Source: Octopus sinensis (Eukaryota). Taken from it: a stretch of 64,000 nt of DNA. The notes below the pieces were generated by a model. It searched no databases. It had not been told where the DNA came from and saw only the letters and a program-made list of their open reading frames with translations. Every line of letters begins with the position of its first letter. Positions within the stretch are counted from its first letter, which is position 1. Below, one piece after another: positions 38,816-50,628 of this stretch. The stretch spans positions 123,814,001 to 123,878,000 of the forward strand of contig NC_042997.1 in assembly GCF_006345805.1 (NCBI RefSeq). Reading direction: 5' to 3'. The position numbers and the translations under genes were made by a program.

Positions 38816-39587
38816 TATTGTTATATATATATATATAGTAAAAATACTGGAAACTGCTGAATACATTTCGTGTAAGGTGATTTTGTAGTAGAAAAAAAAT
38901 AATCATGTTAAACTGACCAAGATCTGGTTTTTGATGATGTTCAGCTTATCAAAAGTTTAGGTAATTTTTCCACATGGAAAATCGATGTGTGGTTTAGATT
39001 AATTAATAGCCATGTTGAATCTGTCATTTCCAAAACAAGGGACGCAGTTTTTATTTGTGTTTTATCGTCGCATGTGAACTAAACTAAAGGATATATGTTT
39101 ATAAAAGAGCATGCCTTTATGTTCACATGAAATATTTCTCCATTTCTTTTGTTTTCTTTCTTGAGGTCATCGGAACTTTCATTTGTCTTAATGTCAATGT
39201 TCATGTTATTATAGATCAAATGTAGTACGATAATAGGGAAGACCTATCGCATAACTTTCAATTCTGTGTACATATGTATTGAAAAAGAATCAAAAATCCT
39301 TCCCTTTCCAACAGCACCTATGTTTCGTTTCCTAGACATTTTATGTATATATTCCCAACAGTCTTATGTTTGTCCTTTGCATAATTGTTCTTCCTACAAT
39401 TACTCATTCTTACCAACTGACTGAACTGAAGTGATGTGAAGTACAGTGTTTTGCTGACGCACACAAAATACCCATTGTCCAGGTATCGAAGCAACGATCT
39501 TACGGTCAGAAGTTCATGATTGCAACACCCTAACCACTAAACCACAGGTCTTAACATATACAGCTATGTATATACATACGTACGTAT

Positions 39588-39683
<96 letters not shown>

Positions 39684-40127
39684 ATATGGGTACATGCATA
39701 TATGTCTGCATATGCATAAATGCTAATACTTAAGGGTAGCTATGTGTGCATATATGTGTATATGTCTGAGTGTGTGCACATACACAAAAAATGTACTTAT
39801 ACATACACACACACTCTGAAACATATAAATGATTAATACGTATAGGCTTTTATGCACCAGGAATCCTTATCAGAGATCCTCTCATAGCATTTAATGCAGT
39901 ATAATGAGTTCTAACACAACTTCCGCGTTAAGTTGGATATCAAGATTATATTTTGTTACTAATACTGCTTCTGTCGCTATTAATTATTCATCAATTATAA
40001 ATGTATACACACACATACACACAGAACTACACATACATATAGGCGTAGATAAGCGCACACATTCACACATACACACATGTACATGCAGGATATTTGGTCT
40101 AAACTTGACAATTGGCATGATAGGGAA

Positions 40128-40188
<61 letters not shown>

Positions 40189-40264
40189 CAATTTAATAAA
40201 TAAAACATATGCATACATACAGACATATATGTACATACCTACATCTATATGTATATATACATGC

Positions 40265-40580
40265 ATATATGGGTAAAGGACACCACAAAATAACGTAGAA
40301 CACAACGAGAAACGAAAGCATAAAAATAAAACATGGAAACGGACTTATTTTAAGAACGAAAAAACAGAGTATAAGACATATAACACAAGGAACATTTCCC
40401 TTCTTCAGTTGCCCCTGTTTCGACTTATTACATGTTTCGAAGGTAAGGGCAGGACACGACTCCGTTGAAATAATCCTTCCGGCAAAGCAAATTAAATAAG
40501 TGACAAGAACAGGACAGTAAAAGCAATACAAATAAAGATAAAAACAGTAAAAGACAGGACAAGGAGAAACAAACGATACA
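40265..40580. repeat. A/purine-rich interspersed repeat between microsatellites, possibly Penelope pLTR-derived
   Basis: Composition like the 29721/32184 repeats. The minus strand contains cgaaacatgt and ctgaaga words but no complete ribozyme. Confidence 0.3.
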
Positions 40581-40586
40581 CACACA

Positions 40587-40637
<51 letters not shown>

Positions 40638-41904
40638 CATTCAAATGCCTTCTTGAGCTATAGTTATCCTCTTTAAATTTCGTAATATTTTGGCTAGTTT
40701 AGTCTGAAAGTTATGTGTAACATAGTGAACTTGAACTACTTTCTGTAGACATTATTGATATCTATGCTTTAAAGTGCGGATGAACCATATCCACGTTCAA
40801 AGATTAGTACATAGACCTCAAAAATAGTATTAACCTAATTTTGTAAACATCATACCAATAATAAGAATTAACTTCTATATGCTAATAAAATTATATAATA
40901 TTGCTCAATGAATAATTTATCTACAAAAAAATATAGGTCACACCTATATTACATCCGTTATATTGTTATTGGAAATCCTAGAAATTATCGAGACGAAGGA
41001 ATATTTATTGATTTCTGTCCATTTATAGTACGTCTAAAGCGAAAGTAATCGATAGTCATTTTTCCTCTCCTATCACCTATTTTTTCGTCTAGGAAAAAAT
41101 GTATTTCTTGTAAATTATTATTTCTATTTCGACAGATTTATGATTTTTTTTTTTTGCATCTTCTTGTTTCTTATTGATTGAAATATATAAACCCCCAGGG
41201 TGATAGTTCCAGGGAAAGAAATTGGATCATTCATTTGTCTAGCTCTAAGATATTGTACAGGAGTATTTTAATATATCTCTATTATTTCTGGTTGTATTTA
41301 TTTTTTGACAGTGTGCAATTATTAAAACAGTGTGCAATTATTAAAATGGTGTATCTGTAACATAAGCTGGAAATTAGGGTTTTAGTTATGATATTAAATG
41401 TCCGGTATCTTCCAGTTAAGGAGATAACACACGCACATACGCAGAGACACATATACTTATACATATACACCACTATATATAGGGGTAAGTATGTGTGCGA
41501 GTATGTCTCTGTGTGTGCGCGTGTGTGTATGTGTATGTGGAGCGTGTGTGGGGGGAGGAGGAGGACGTTATTCGGAATTATGTATGTTTGCAAAGATGTT
41601 TTAAGTTACTATGTAGAAATGAAGAGCCCATTGAAACATTTAGAAAAAATGAGACTGTTAGAACATATCTCCAATGCTGAGACACGAACACACATCGCTG
41701 TTTAGTTTTTAAACCCTGACACTTTAAAAATATACCATTTAAAGTTGCAGGATATGTGTGTTGAATAGTTACAATTTGATGAAGTCGAGAGAGACGGCTG
41801 CTAGAATATTTTTTGAAAATATTCTTCCAGAATAAAAAATACGAAAAAAAAAATCTTAAGGAAGCAAGGAAAATGAATTCGTAATATCTGATATAGACGT
41901 AGAA

Positions 41905-42080
41905 TTGGCCGAGTGGTAAGTAGCTTGCTTACGAACAACATGTTTCCGGGTTCAGTCCCACAAAAGTGACAGATAGAATAAGTACTAGGGTAACAAATAA
42001 TAAGTCCTGGGGTCGATTTGCTCGACTAAAGGCGGTGCTCCAGCATAACCACAGTCAAATGACTAAAACAAGTAAAAGAA
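41905..42080 (+). mobile_element. SINE family A with a large internal deletion
   Basis: Head up to cagtcccac joined directly to the tail aaaagtgacagatagaataagtactagg; the central microsatellite is absent. Confidence 0.85.
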
Positions 42081-42844
42081 TATACGGAGAAACCTTCACG
42101 ATGAAGGGAAAGCATATCATATTTCATAAGTGTTACTGCTCATGCTAGCAGTACTATGAGACATATGCCTGGGCTTACTGTACATAAATAACAAATCAAA
42201 GATTCATTTCTTAGAAATTTTCCAAGCATTGCACATCGTCATATTTGAGGAAATGGGAAATTTGAAAATATTACTTTTATTCACAATAAAGGAAGAAATG
42301 ATCGACTTTGAAAGGTAAATGTAGTCTATTTCATAGGAATTCTAAATCTGAAACTAAAGAGGAAATATCGAACATCGCTACAACAAACAACCACCTGCAT
42401 ATTGATTAATATATGCCACGAGCGTGTGGAAAGCGGAAAGGGCAAAATACTTACAGACGCTACTTTCTATGGAGTACACGCCTGTCTGTGTTTTCACGAT
42501 TTCTAATATTAATAATTACTAAATTAAGAAACTTCTTCAACAAATATTTTAAGTGTATGAAGTCAATAATCTTTCCTAAAAGAATTTCAACGATGTGTGT
42601 GTTTGTGTATGTGAGAGAGCGAGTGTGTATGTTCTCTTCCTCTTTCTAATTTAGAATAAATTTTATCAGCAACTTGCTTGGTTGTAAGGTTGTGAAGTAA
42701 AGCGTACTGTTTTGTATATCGTCTTTTATATTTTAACTTCTTGCAGATCATTATTGTCCTGGAGATCGTGACCATGTGTAGTGTATGAATTAAGCCGAAG
42801 TTCGGCTATACTTTGCTGCAAATGAGTTGGTATGTCTCTTACTG

Positions 42845-42985
42845 CAATAATGATTTCCACAAGGGCAGCTTGGGAGAGGGGATTAAGTCAATTACATCGA
42901 CCCCAGTACGTAGCCGGTACTTATTTAATCGACCCCGACAGGATGAAAGACAAGTCGACCTCGGCGGAATTTGAACTCAGAACGA
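42845..42985 (-). mobile_element. SINE family B
   Basis: gtcaattacatcgaccccagtacg...gaccccgacaggatgaaagacaagtcgacctcggcggaatttgaactcagaacg. Confidence 0.88.
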
Positions 42986-43187
42986 TTTGTAAACACCTTA
43001 TCTATGGTCCATAGATGCCTTCTTTCTCTTGTAATTTTCTAACCACATTGGTGTATAAAGGATAACTGATTTCCAAAACAGAACAATCATATCTGGATGG
43101 TTGTGTTATAATATAGTGTATGTTTTAATTTTTAAGTTCCACTAATATTTTCTTTGACCCATCGATTTCAATATAGTCAGCTTCGTA

Positions 43188-43190
<3 letters not shown>

Positions 43191-43253
<63 letters not shown>
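43191..43253. repeat. (TTA)n microsatellite, tail/target of the Dong fragment
   Basis: Direct reading. Confidence 0.95.
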
Positions 43254-43256
<3 letters not shown>

Positions 43257-43837
43257 TAGTTTTATTTTTATAGCGTGCTTTCACTTCACTACCGAGCGCA
43301 GCTCTGTGTGCCTTGGGTATGTGCTGTGATTTGTTGTGATGCTCTGATGGTTATTGTATGGAAAGTGTTCTGCGTAGGATGTGTGCAGTGCCTAGTAGTG
43401 CAATTTTCTGTATGTTATATGTGTTTGTAAGTCCTGGTGTTTTTGTTATGTATTTGTCTGAATATTTTTTTATCATGCCTAATGCACCTACTATGATAGG
43501 AATTGTTTCTGTTTTCAGGTTCCACATTCTAGTTACCTCTATTTCCAGGTCTTTGTATTTTGAGAGTTTCTCCATTTCTTTTAGAGACACGTTGTCATCT
43601 GCCGGTATTGATACATCAATTAGAAAGCATTTTTTTCTTCATGATCTCTGACAACTATATCTGGTCTGTTGGCCTTAATTTCTCTATCTGTGTGTATCGG
43701 CATATTCCAGAGTATGGTTGCTTTCTCGTTTTCTGTGACCTTTTCTGGTGTGTGCCTATACCATCTTTTTTCTGTTGTTATTCCATAATGTTGGCATAGC
43801 TTCCAATGTATGTAGGTTCCAACTCTGTCATGTCTGT
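43254..43837 (-). mobile_element. 5'-truncated R4/Dong-like LINE (RLE domain plus 3' UTR), a second subfamily
   Basis: RHDRVGTYIHWKLC...ILWNMPIHTDREIKANRPDIVVRD then ID...KLSKYKDLEIEVTRMW...IPIIVGALG...LRRTLSIQ*. Its 3' UTR differs from that of the adjacent long copy. Both sides are flanked by (TTA)n. Confidence 0.93.
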
Positions 43838-43852
43838 TTATTATTATTATTA

Positions 43853-43947
<95 letters not shown>
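43838..43947. repeat. (TTA)n microsatellite between two Dong copies
   Basis: Direct reading. Confidence 0.95.
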
Positions 43948-46900
43948 GTTTATGGGTTTTTCTTCTTCTTTCAAATTTGCTTCCATTTCTTGCCGAGTGT
44001 CTTCCCGACTCCTGGGGCAAAGAAACTCATTGTACACATTGGTAGGCCATTAAAATAAACTCACTAATTGGTTCATTTTTTTTCATATTTTTTTATAGGA
44101 ATGAAGTTAACTTAAAATATATGGGTAGTAATAGTTCTCACATCGACAATGCTCTTCTCAATACGTGTGATGTACCAGTTAAGACAATCTTTTGCACTTC
44201 TTGCAGGGATGGTAAGCCAGGGATCATTCTCATATAATTTTCGGTTCCCTTCTTGATCATTCCTAGTGCTCCTACGATCACTGGTATTGTAACCGCCCTG
44301 AGAAGCCACATTTTCTCAATTTCAATGAGCAAGTTTTTATATTTTCTGAGCTTGTCAAACTCTTTCGCCGAGATATTATGATAACAGGTGATGCTCATGT
44401 CGATCAATAAGCAAACTTTATTGTTTTGGTCTTTCACAACAATATCCGGTTTATTGGCCTTGATGGTTAGGTCTATATGTACTGGAAAGTCCCACAGAAT
44501 CGTTACATTTTCTCATTCAGTTACAGCTTCAGGGTGGTGATTATACCACTTGTCGGCAGTTTTGATATTGTAATGCCGACTTATTAGCCAGTGTAGATAT
44601 TGGTCAACTCTGTCATGTCTTAATTTATACTCCACTGGAGCTAAGACTTTACATCCAGAGATTAGGTGGTCCACTGTTTCAATCATGTCGTTGCAGAATC
44701 GGCATTTTGGGTCTGCTCCATTTTTCATCACATTGGCCTGGTAGTTCCGGGTTAATAGGCTTTGATCTTGAGCAGCCAGGATGAAACCTTCGCTCGCTGC
44801 TTTTAGCCCTGAGCTCCGTAGCCACTGATGGGTTTGCTTCTGGTCAACATCAGCTTGTTTGCTACGGGCCGCATATTTGCCGTGCAGAGGTTTCTCCTCC
44901 CACCTATCAGCCAATTGCTCGTGCGCTTTTTTCGTTGCCATTATTTTCACCTTCTTTGCAACAATAGTCGCCGTACTTCCCTCGGGTTGTTCAGTTTGGG
45001 TATCCTGCACGAGATTATTAGCAAATGTTTTGCTTTCCTTTATGATAGAATGAAGCTTCTTTCGTCTCTCGTGATTTTCCACGAGCTTTAGCATCCAGTC
45101 ATTCGTTATTTCAAGATATTTGGCCAGTCCAATTGTGGTTGTTTTGTAAGCTAGTTCAAATTGGATCAGGCCTCGACCTCCTAGGGCTCTGGGGAGGTAA
45201 AGGCGATCTACGTCTGCCTTTGGGTGGTGCATCCTATTACAACTCAGTAGCTTGCGTATTTTCCTATCTATTTTCTTTACTTCACTCTTATTCCAGTTCA
45301 ACACATTGTAGCTATAAGTAACAACTGGAACTGCTAAGGAATTTATAGCTAACACCTTGTTACGTGCATTTAGTTCAGATTTCAGGACTGCTCGAGCTCT
45401 CCTATAACATTTCTTCCTGATCTTCTCTTTTATGCTTGCTTGCTGAATACCAGAGCTTTCATTTATCCCTAAATATTTGTATGTTTGTTCTTGCTCAAGC
45501 TCTCTTATGACTGTGTCAACATCTAACACGACTGAATTTGTGGTCTTCACTTTCCCTTTCTGGAAAGTGGCCTTGGCACACTTCTCAAGCCCAAACTCCA
45601 TTCCGATGTCATCACTGAATGCTTTCACAGTGCGCAATATGCCTTCAAGTTCATTATCGTCTTTACCATAGAGTTTTAAGTCATCCATATAAAATAGATG
45701 GCTTATTTTTTTATTGTCAACTTTATACCCATACTCTGTGCTGTTTAATTCACTTGTAAGGGGTATTAGGGCTATGCAGAATATTAGAGGTGAAAGTGAG
45801 TCACCTTGAAAAATGTCACAGTTGATGTTTATATTCTCTGAGACAAGTACTCCATTAGAGTGGTATAATTGGAGATTCGTATACCACAACGACATATTAT
45901 GCTTCAGGAAGCTTGAAATCAAAGGGGAAATTTTGAAGATGTCCAGCGATTTCAAGATCCATGAATGCGGTATACTGTTGAAGGCCTTTTTATAGTCAAT
46001 CCATGTGGAGCTGAGATTTCTGCGCTTGTTGTGACAGTTCTCAAGGATCATACGATTAATTAGCAGTTGATCTTTGCATCCGTATGAGCCTCAGCGGCAC
46101 CCTTTTTGTTCAGTGGGGAGAATATCGTTCTTTTCCATGAATGTATATGTTTTCTCCACCAGGATAGATGTTAGGATTTTATACGTGGTGGATAAACAGG
46201 TTATAGGCCGATAGGTTTTTGGAAGTTTGGTTTCGTTATTCTTTGGGAGTAGGTAAGTAATACCACTTGCTAACCATTCAGGTGTTTTCTTTGGGTCTCT
46301 CATAATTCCATTGAGCAGCTGAACTAGCTTACCGTGTGCGCATGAGAGCGATGAGAGCCAGAAATTTGGCACCCTATCTTTACCGGGGGCTTTCCAATTA
46401 TGGGCCTTCGTGAGTGCCTTTCTTAGGTCTGCTATTGTGATGTCTTCCCATACTTGTTGTTGTAAATTTTGGTAGGATCCTTCTGTTTGTATAATCCAGT
46501 CTGCATTTATGTTGTACGTCTTCTCGTCACTCCAAATCCTTTTCCAAAAGTTTTGAACTTCTTCCATCGGAGAGGGGTCTTTAACGGTTACTTTCTCCTT
46601 CCCTATTTCTCTGTAGAATTTTTTGGCATTGGATGTGAACAACTTATTTTGCTTGTAAAACTTGTTTCTCTTCTCAAATCTTCGTATTCTTTGAGCTTTT
46701 GCTTGGACTTTTTGTTTCAGTATTTCTTTTATTGATATCAGTTCTTCTCTTGGTGAGGATCCAAATTTTCTCTTTATCTTTCTTCCTGTTCTGGATCTTA
46801 CATCATTTCCACATATTAGTTCATTTAATATTGATATTTCCCCTCTCATAAATTCAATCTCTTTTTCAAGTTTACTTTTCCAGGTTTGATTTCTTCCTAG

Positions 46901-47991
46901 GTTTGGTTTTCTTTATTTTTTCGGGGGCATACAGCTGGTTTCAATTGCCCTACCAGAAGCGTAAATAATTTCATTTAACTCAGTAATATCAGGTTTTAAT
47001 TCTTATATTATTTCATTTGTTACATAGTTGCCAATTTTGATTTGTTTTTTTATTTTGGTTTGTATTTGAGAGTTTATGAAGTGGTTCTCTGTCATTCATA
47101 CTTGTATGTCTTACAACTTCAAGCGTATTCAGGATTTCTACCTCATTCCTGCCATAGACTCTCTGTGTTCTTCAGCAAATGCGAGATCTTCAGTTACTGT
47201 TGTTTTATCATTTTCCTGACTATCTTTGACAGGTTCAGTAGAATTCCTTCAGGCCTTTGCGTGCTTTGGTCAGATGGCAGTCTTTCAATTAAGCCTCGTG
47301 GCGGGCTATTCTGTTCATCTGATTCTTCATTTCCTTTGTGTCTTATATTTATGTCATTTTCCGTTGCGTGCTTGATCGCGCTTATTTCACTGCCTGTGAG
47401 TTTATTATTTCTAGGGATATCCCTCCTCACATTTGCCAATTTGTTCTCGTCCAGATAGGGTCTACTGTCTTGATTCCGTGTTCTCCATTTACTGTAAGAG
47501 TTTGCGGTGTGTCTCTCTTGAGATGGCCTACCTAATGCATAGTAATAAGCGTATATTACTTCTTTATACTCTTCTCGGGTCCATTTGTTCCGCTTACATT
47601 TTTCTTTCTGTTGTGGTTGTGGTGGTGAACTTGGAGGCTCGAGTTGGGGAATTTCCCGTTCAAGTGACCATCCATGTCCGTATTCGGAGAAGAGTTTGTG
47701 CCAGTTGATGAATTTTCGATCCCAGGCTGGCTCTTCCCTGGGGGACGCGCTTCCAGATTAACCATAGGACAAGCGATTTGGTATACTGATTTAGTTTTCC
47801 TTTTAGTTTCCAAAAACATTTTGGTGCTACGATAATGTTATCATTTTTTAGCTCTGAGTGGCTCGCGGGTAGACGGCCATCATTGCCGTTACAATTATAG
47901 TCGTACCATAATAGCAGACGTAGCCGGCCTGTGGTCACTCCTTGTAATCATGGCAACATTGTAGTAGTATTATTATTTAGAGGAAGGAGAA
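43948..47991 (-). mobile_element. Near full-length R4/Dong-clade non-LTR retrotransposon (RT plus restriction-like endonuclease), inactivated
   Basis: Minus-strand frames give an N-terminal KWTREEYKEVIYAYYY (Myb-like) segment near 47500-47580; RT motifs KAPGKD, YRPITCL, DYKKAFNSIPH, FQGDSLSP and YMDDLK; a CRFC...H...C zinc knuckle; and the RLE motif KPDIVVKD...LID...KYK. The 3' UTR ends in an (AAT)n tract at 43838-43947. Stops and frameshifts occur in the N-terminal third. Confidence 0.95.
44138..46849 (-). pseudogene. RT-RLE reading frame of the Dong-like element, interrupted by two in-frame TGA stops
   Basis: ORFs 46091-46849, 44513-46051 and 44138-44437 share one frame (gaps of 39 and 75 nt). 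Read-through gives EQKGCR*GSYGCKDQLLINRMILE and AVTE*ENVTILWDFPVHID, so these are point nonsense changes in otherwise conserved sequence. Confidence 0.92.
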
Positions 47992-48300
47992 GGCAACAGT
48001 GTATTATTATTATTATTTAGAGGAAGGAGAGGGCAGGTTGGCAGTAGATAGGTAGGATGGCAGTCATACAGTTAGATATCGTTAGTCTATAAATAGACTC
48101 AATAGGAGTAGGCGAGGGGGTGAAAGAGTGATTGTACCCATGTGGTCCAGCAAAGGAGCGGTCAGCAGAGGTCAAATATGTGTTTACTACCAACTCACCT
48201 TGTGTGTTTTAATTACCGATAGAAAGACAGAAATAAAATACATACACTCACACTCACATATATATTATTTCTATATATATAGATTGCTTAAATTAGTTAT

Positions 48301-48950
48301 CCGGCGGCGTATAAGAGTGTTTTTGTAGAAATTTCTTTTTTTTTTTCATATTTGGCTATTCACAGTACAATGTATATATCAAAGATGATTGTTTGTGTGT
48401 GTTTAGCAATTAAAAATTTTTTTTCACATAAGATTGTAGATATTAAAGTTTTTAAAAATGATCATTTGTGTGTTCGTCCAGAGAAAACTGAATATAATCA
48501 AGTTTTTAAGCCTGTAAATTGTTTATGTAAAGATAGCCAGAAGCGTTTAAGAGTGTTCTTAGAGAGAAATATTTTCACATATTTGGTTATTCACAGTACA
48601 GTGTAGATATTAAAGTTCTTAAAGATAATCATTTGTGTGTTCACGGAAAGTTTTACTTTTCACATAATATTGTAGATATTAATGTTTTTAAAGATGATCG
48701 TTTGTGTGTCCGTCCAGGGGATACTGTAGATAGTCAAGTTTTTAAAGTTATTTAGAATGAGATTTTAAATACTCACAGAGGATTATAGATACATTTCAAA
48801 AAATGTTTTTTGGTTGTAATAGAATGTATGTGTTTATATATATAATTTCTATATATATATAATTTGCTTAAGTTGGATAACCGGAGGCGTCTAAGAGTGT
48901 TCTTGCAGAGAAAAAAAAGGGATGTTTACATATTTGGCTAGTCAGAGAGA
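48301..48950 (+). repeat. Degenerate tandem array
   Basis: cc.g..gcgt.taagagtgtt at 48301, 48537 and 48881, each followed by catatttgg.ta.tca; tgtagatattaa.gtt.ttaaa.at.atc.tttgtgtgt at about 48435, 48602 and 48672. Confidence 0.75.
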
Positions 48951-49676
48951 AAAGAAGAATTTTGGGTATGTAAGTATGTATGCATACATGCATGCATGTA
49001 TATATTATGTATGTATGAATGTATGTATGTATGTATGCATGTATGAATGTATGTATGTAAGTATGTATGTACGTACGCATGCCAGCTTGCAGGCAGACAG
49101 GCAGATAGGCAGGCAAGCAGGCTGACTGGTTCGCTGGCTATCCTGTGAAGATGGAGTCGTAGGGGTGACGGGGAAATGTACGGAATTATTTAGAATTTTA
49201 GATCTGATGAAGTTTGTACTTCCCCAGATGTGATCCCATTCATTTTTTTTCGGGCCGAGAAGAAGAGATACGCAAAATTAAAGAACTACAAAACGTAATG
49301 GATCGACTCTAACACAGAAATGGTACCTTATGTTACCTAACTCGAAAAGATGACATGATAAGTTAACCTACGATGGATTGGAACTCAGAAAATCAGAACA
49401 CATCTTGCAAAGCAAAATATCAGTTGTTCTAACGACACTGCTAATGTGTATGCAACGGTCGAGTATACCTATTTATATTCTTAAGAATGTATTCTTTTAT
49501 ATTCTTTTATAAATCTGTGAAAGGCGTCCGCCTTGCACAGATTTATAAAAGCTATCAGAAAAGGACACTTAGCCTCTGAACTTTACGTTTCATCTGCAAA
49601 TTTCAGTACGCTAGGAGATACACCGTGGAGCTAATGTGGGATATCCATTGTTTATACATACATGCATACAGACGTA

Positions 49677-49832
49677 CAGTGGCTGTTTGGTAAGTAGCTT
49701 GCTTACCAACCACATGGTTCCGGGTTCAGTCCCACTGCGTGGCACCTTGGGCAAGTGTCTTCTAATATAGCCTAGGGACGACCAAAGCCTTGTGAATGGA
49801 TTTGGTAGATGGAAACTGAAAGAACCCTGTCG

Positions 49833-49895
<63 letters not shown>

Positions 49896-50103
49896 ATGTT
49901 TGTGTGTCTGTGTTTGTCCCCCCAACATCGCTTGACAACCGATACTGGTGTGTTTACGTCCGCGTAACTTAGCAGTTCGGCAATATGAGACCGATAGAAT
50001 AAGTACTAGGCTTACAAAGAATAAGTCCTGGGGTCGATTTGCTCGACAAAAGGCGGTGCTCCAGCATGGCCAAAGTCAAATGACTTGAAACAAGTAAATG
50101 AGT
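49677..50103 (+). mobile_element. SINE family A, full length
   Basis: Matches the 16718 and 19677 copies throughout. Confidence 0.9.
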
Positions 50104-50161
50104 ATATATATATATTTATATTGACATATATATGCATATATATATTGACATTTATAGGTAT

Positions 50162-50251
<90 letters not shown>

Positions 50252-50271
50252 CTGTAATACGTGACAATTAT

Positions 50272-50347
50272 TCGGTAGCTAAGATAAAACTCCGAGTTTC
50301 GGATGCCGAGGTGGAATCCGCACCCCCATCTCTTCAGATATCCGGCC
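50272..50347 (-). ncRNA. Candidate type I hammerhead ribozyme (left arm, minus strand)
   Basis: ggccggatat-CTGAAGA-gatg...catcc-GAAA-CT-cgg-AG-TT-ttatcttagct. Core intact; the closing stem I pair is a U-U mismatch. Activity untested. Confidence 0.5.
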
Positions 50348-50371
50348 ATCGGAGAAACGTTTTTTTCTGAT

Positions 50372-50443
50372 GGCCGGATAACTGAAGTGATAGTGGTGTG
50401 GATTTCCATCTCAGCATCCGAAACTCAGAGTTTTATCTTGGCT
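50372..50443 (+). ncRNA. Candidate type I hammerhead ribozyme (right arm), core A9 mutated to U
   Basis: ggccggataa-CTGAAGT-gata...catcc-GAAA-CT-cag-AG-TT-ttatcttggct. Stem I gataa/ttatc is perfect; the core is CTGAAGT instead of CTGANGA. Confidence 0.4.
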
Positions 50444-50570
50444 ACCGAATAATTGTCACATATTACATTTACAGATAAATTCCTCTATTTACATAATATT
50501 GAGGTCTCTTTCTTCCTTTTGTTATCTTACCATTTTTACAAGTACGTATATATATATATATATAATATAT

Positions 50571-50628
<58 letters not shown>

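Larger units (their letters stand above)
50253..50467. mobile_element. 215-bp spacerless palindromic (fold-back) element carrying two opposed hammerhead-like motifs
   Basis: Arm 50253-50358 aligns to the reverse complement of 50359-50467 with about 12 substitutions and 3 gap positions; the centre is AAACGTTT. TA dinucleotides at 50258-50259 and 50461-50462 could be a TSD. Confidence 0.9.

Noticed and set aside
40395-40490. Hammerhead words cgaaacatgta and ctgaaga-stem on the minus strand
   Set aside because: They are in the wrong order and spacing; there is no CTGANGA upstream of the GAAAC and no GAAA after the CTGAAGA stem.
41311-41760. Short tandem duplication plus a weak inverted similarity suggesting a TIR element
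   Set aside because: The match is too short and AT-rich, and no TSD was found.
44513-46093. Two in-frame TGA codons as selenocysteine or programmed read-through
   Set aside because: They are simply explained as single-base changes (probably CGA->TGA and GGA->TGA) in an element that has other stops and frameshifts.
47860-47960. Possible HDV-like ribozyme at the Dong 5' end (minus strand contains GGCCGGC, as in HDV P1, and an acggc/gccgt hairpin)
   Set aside because: I could not assemble P1, P2, P3 and P1.1 in the required order by eye. A proper descriptor search would be needed.
49204-49225. CTGATGA followed by a short hairpin
   Set aside because: No GAAA and no stems I or III follow.
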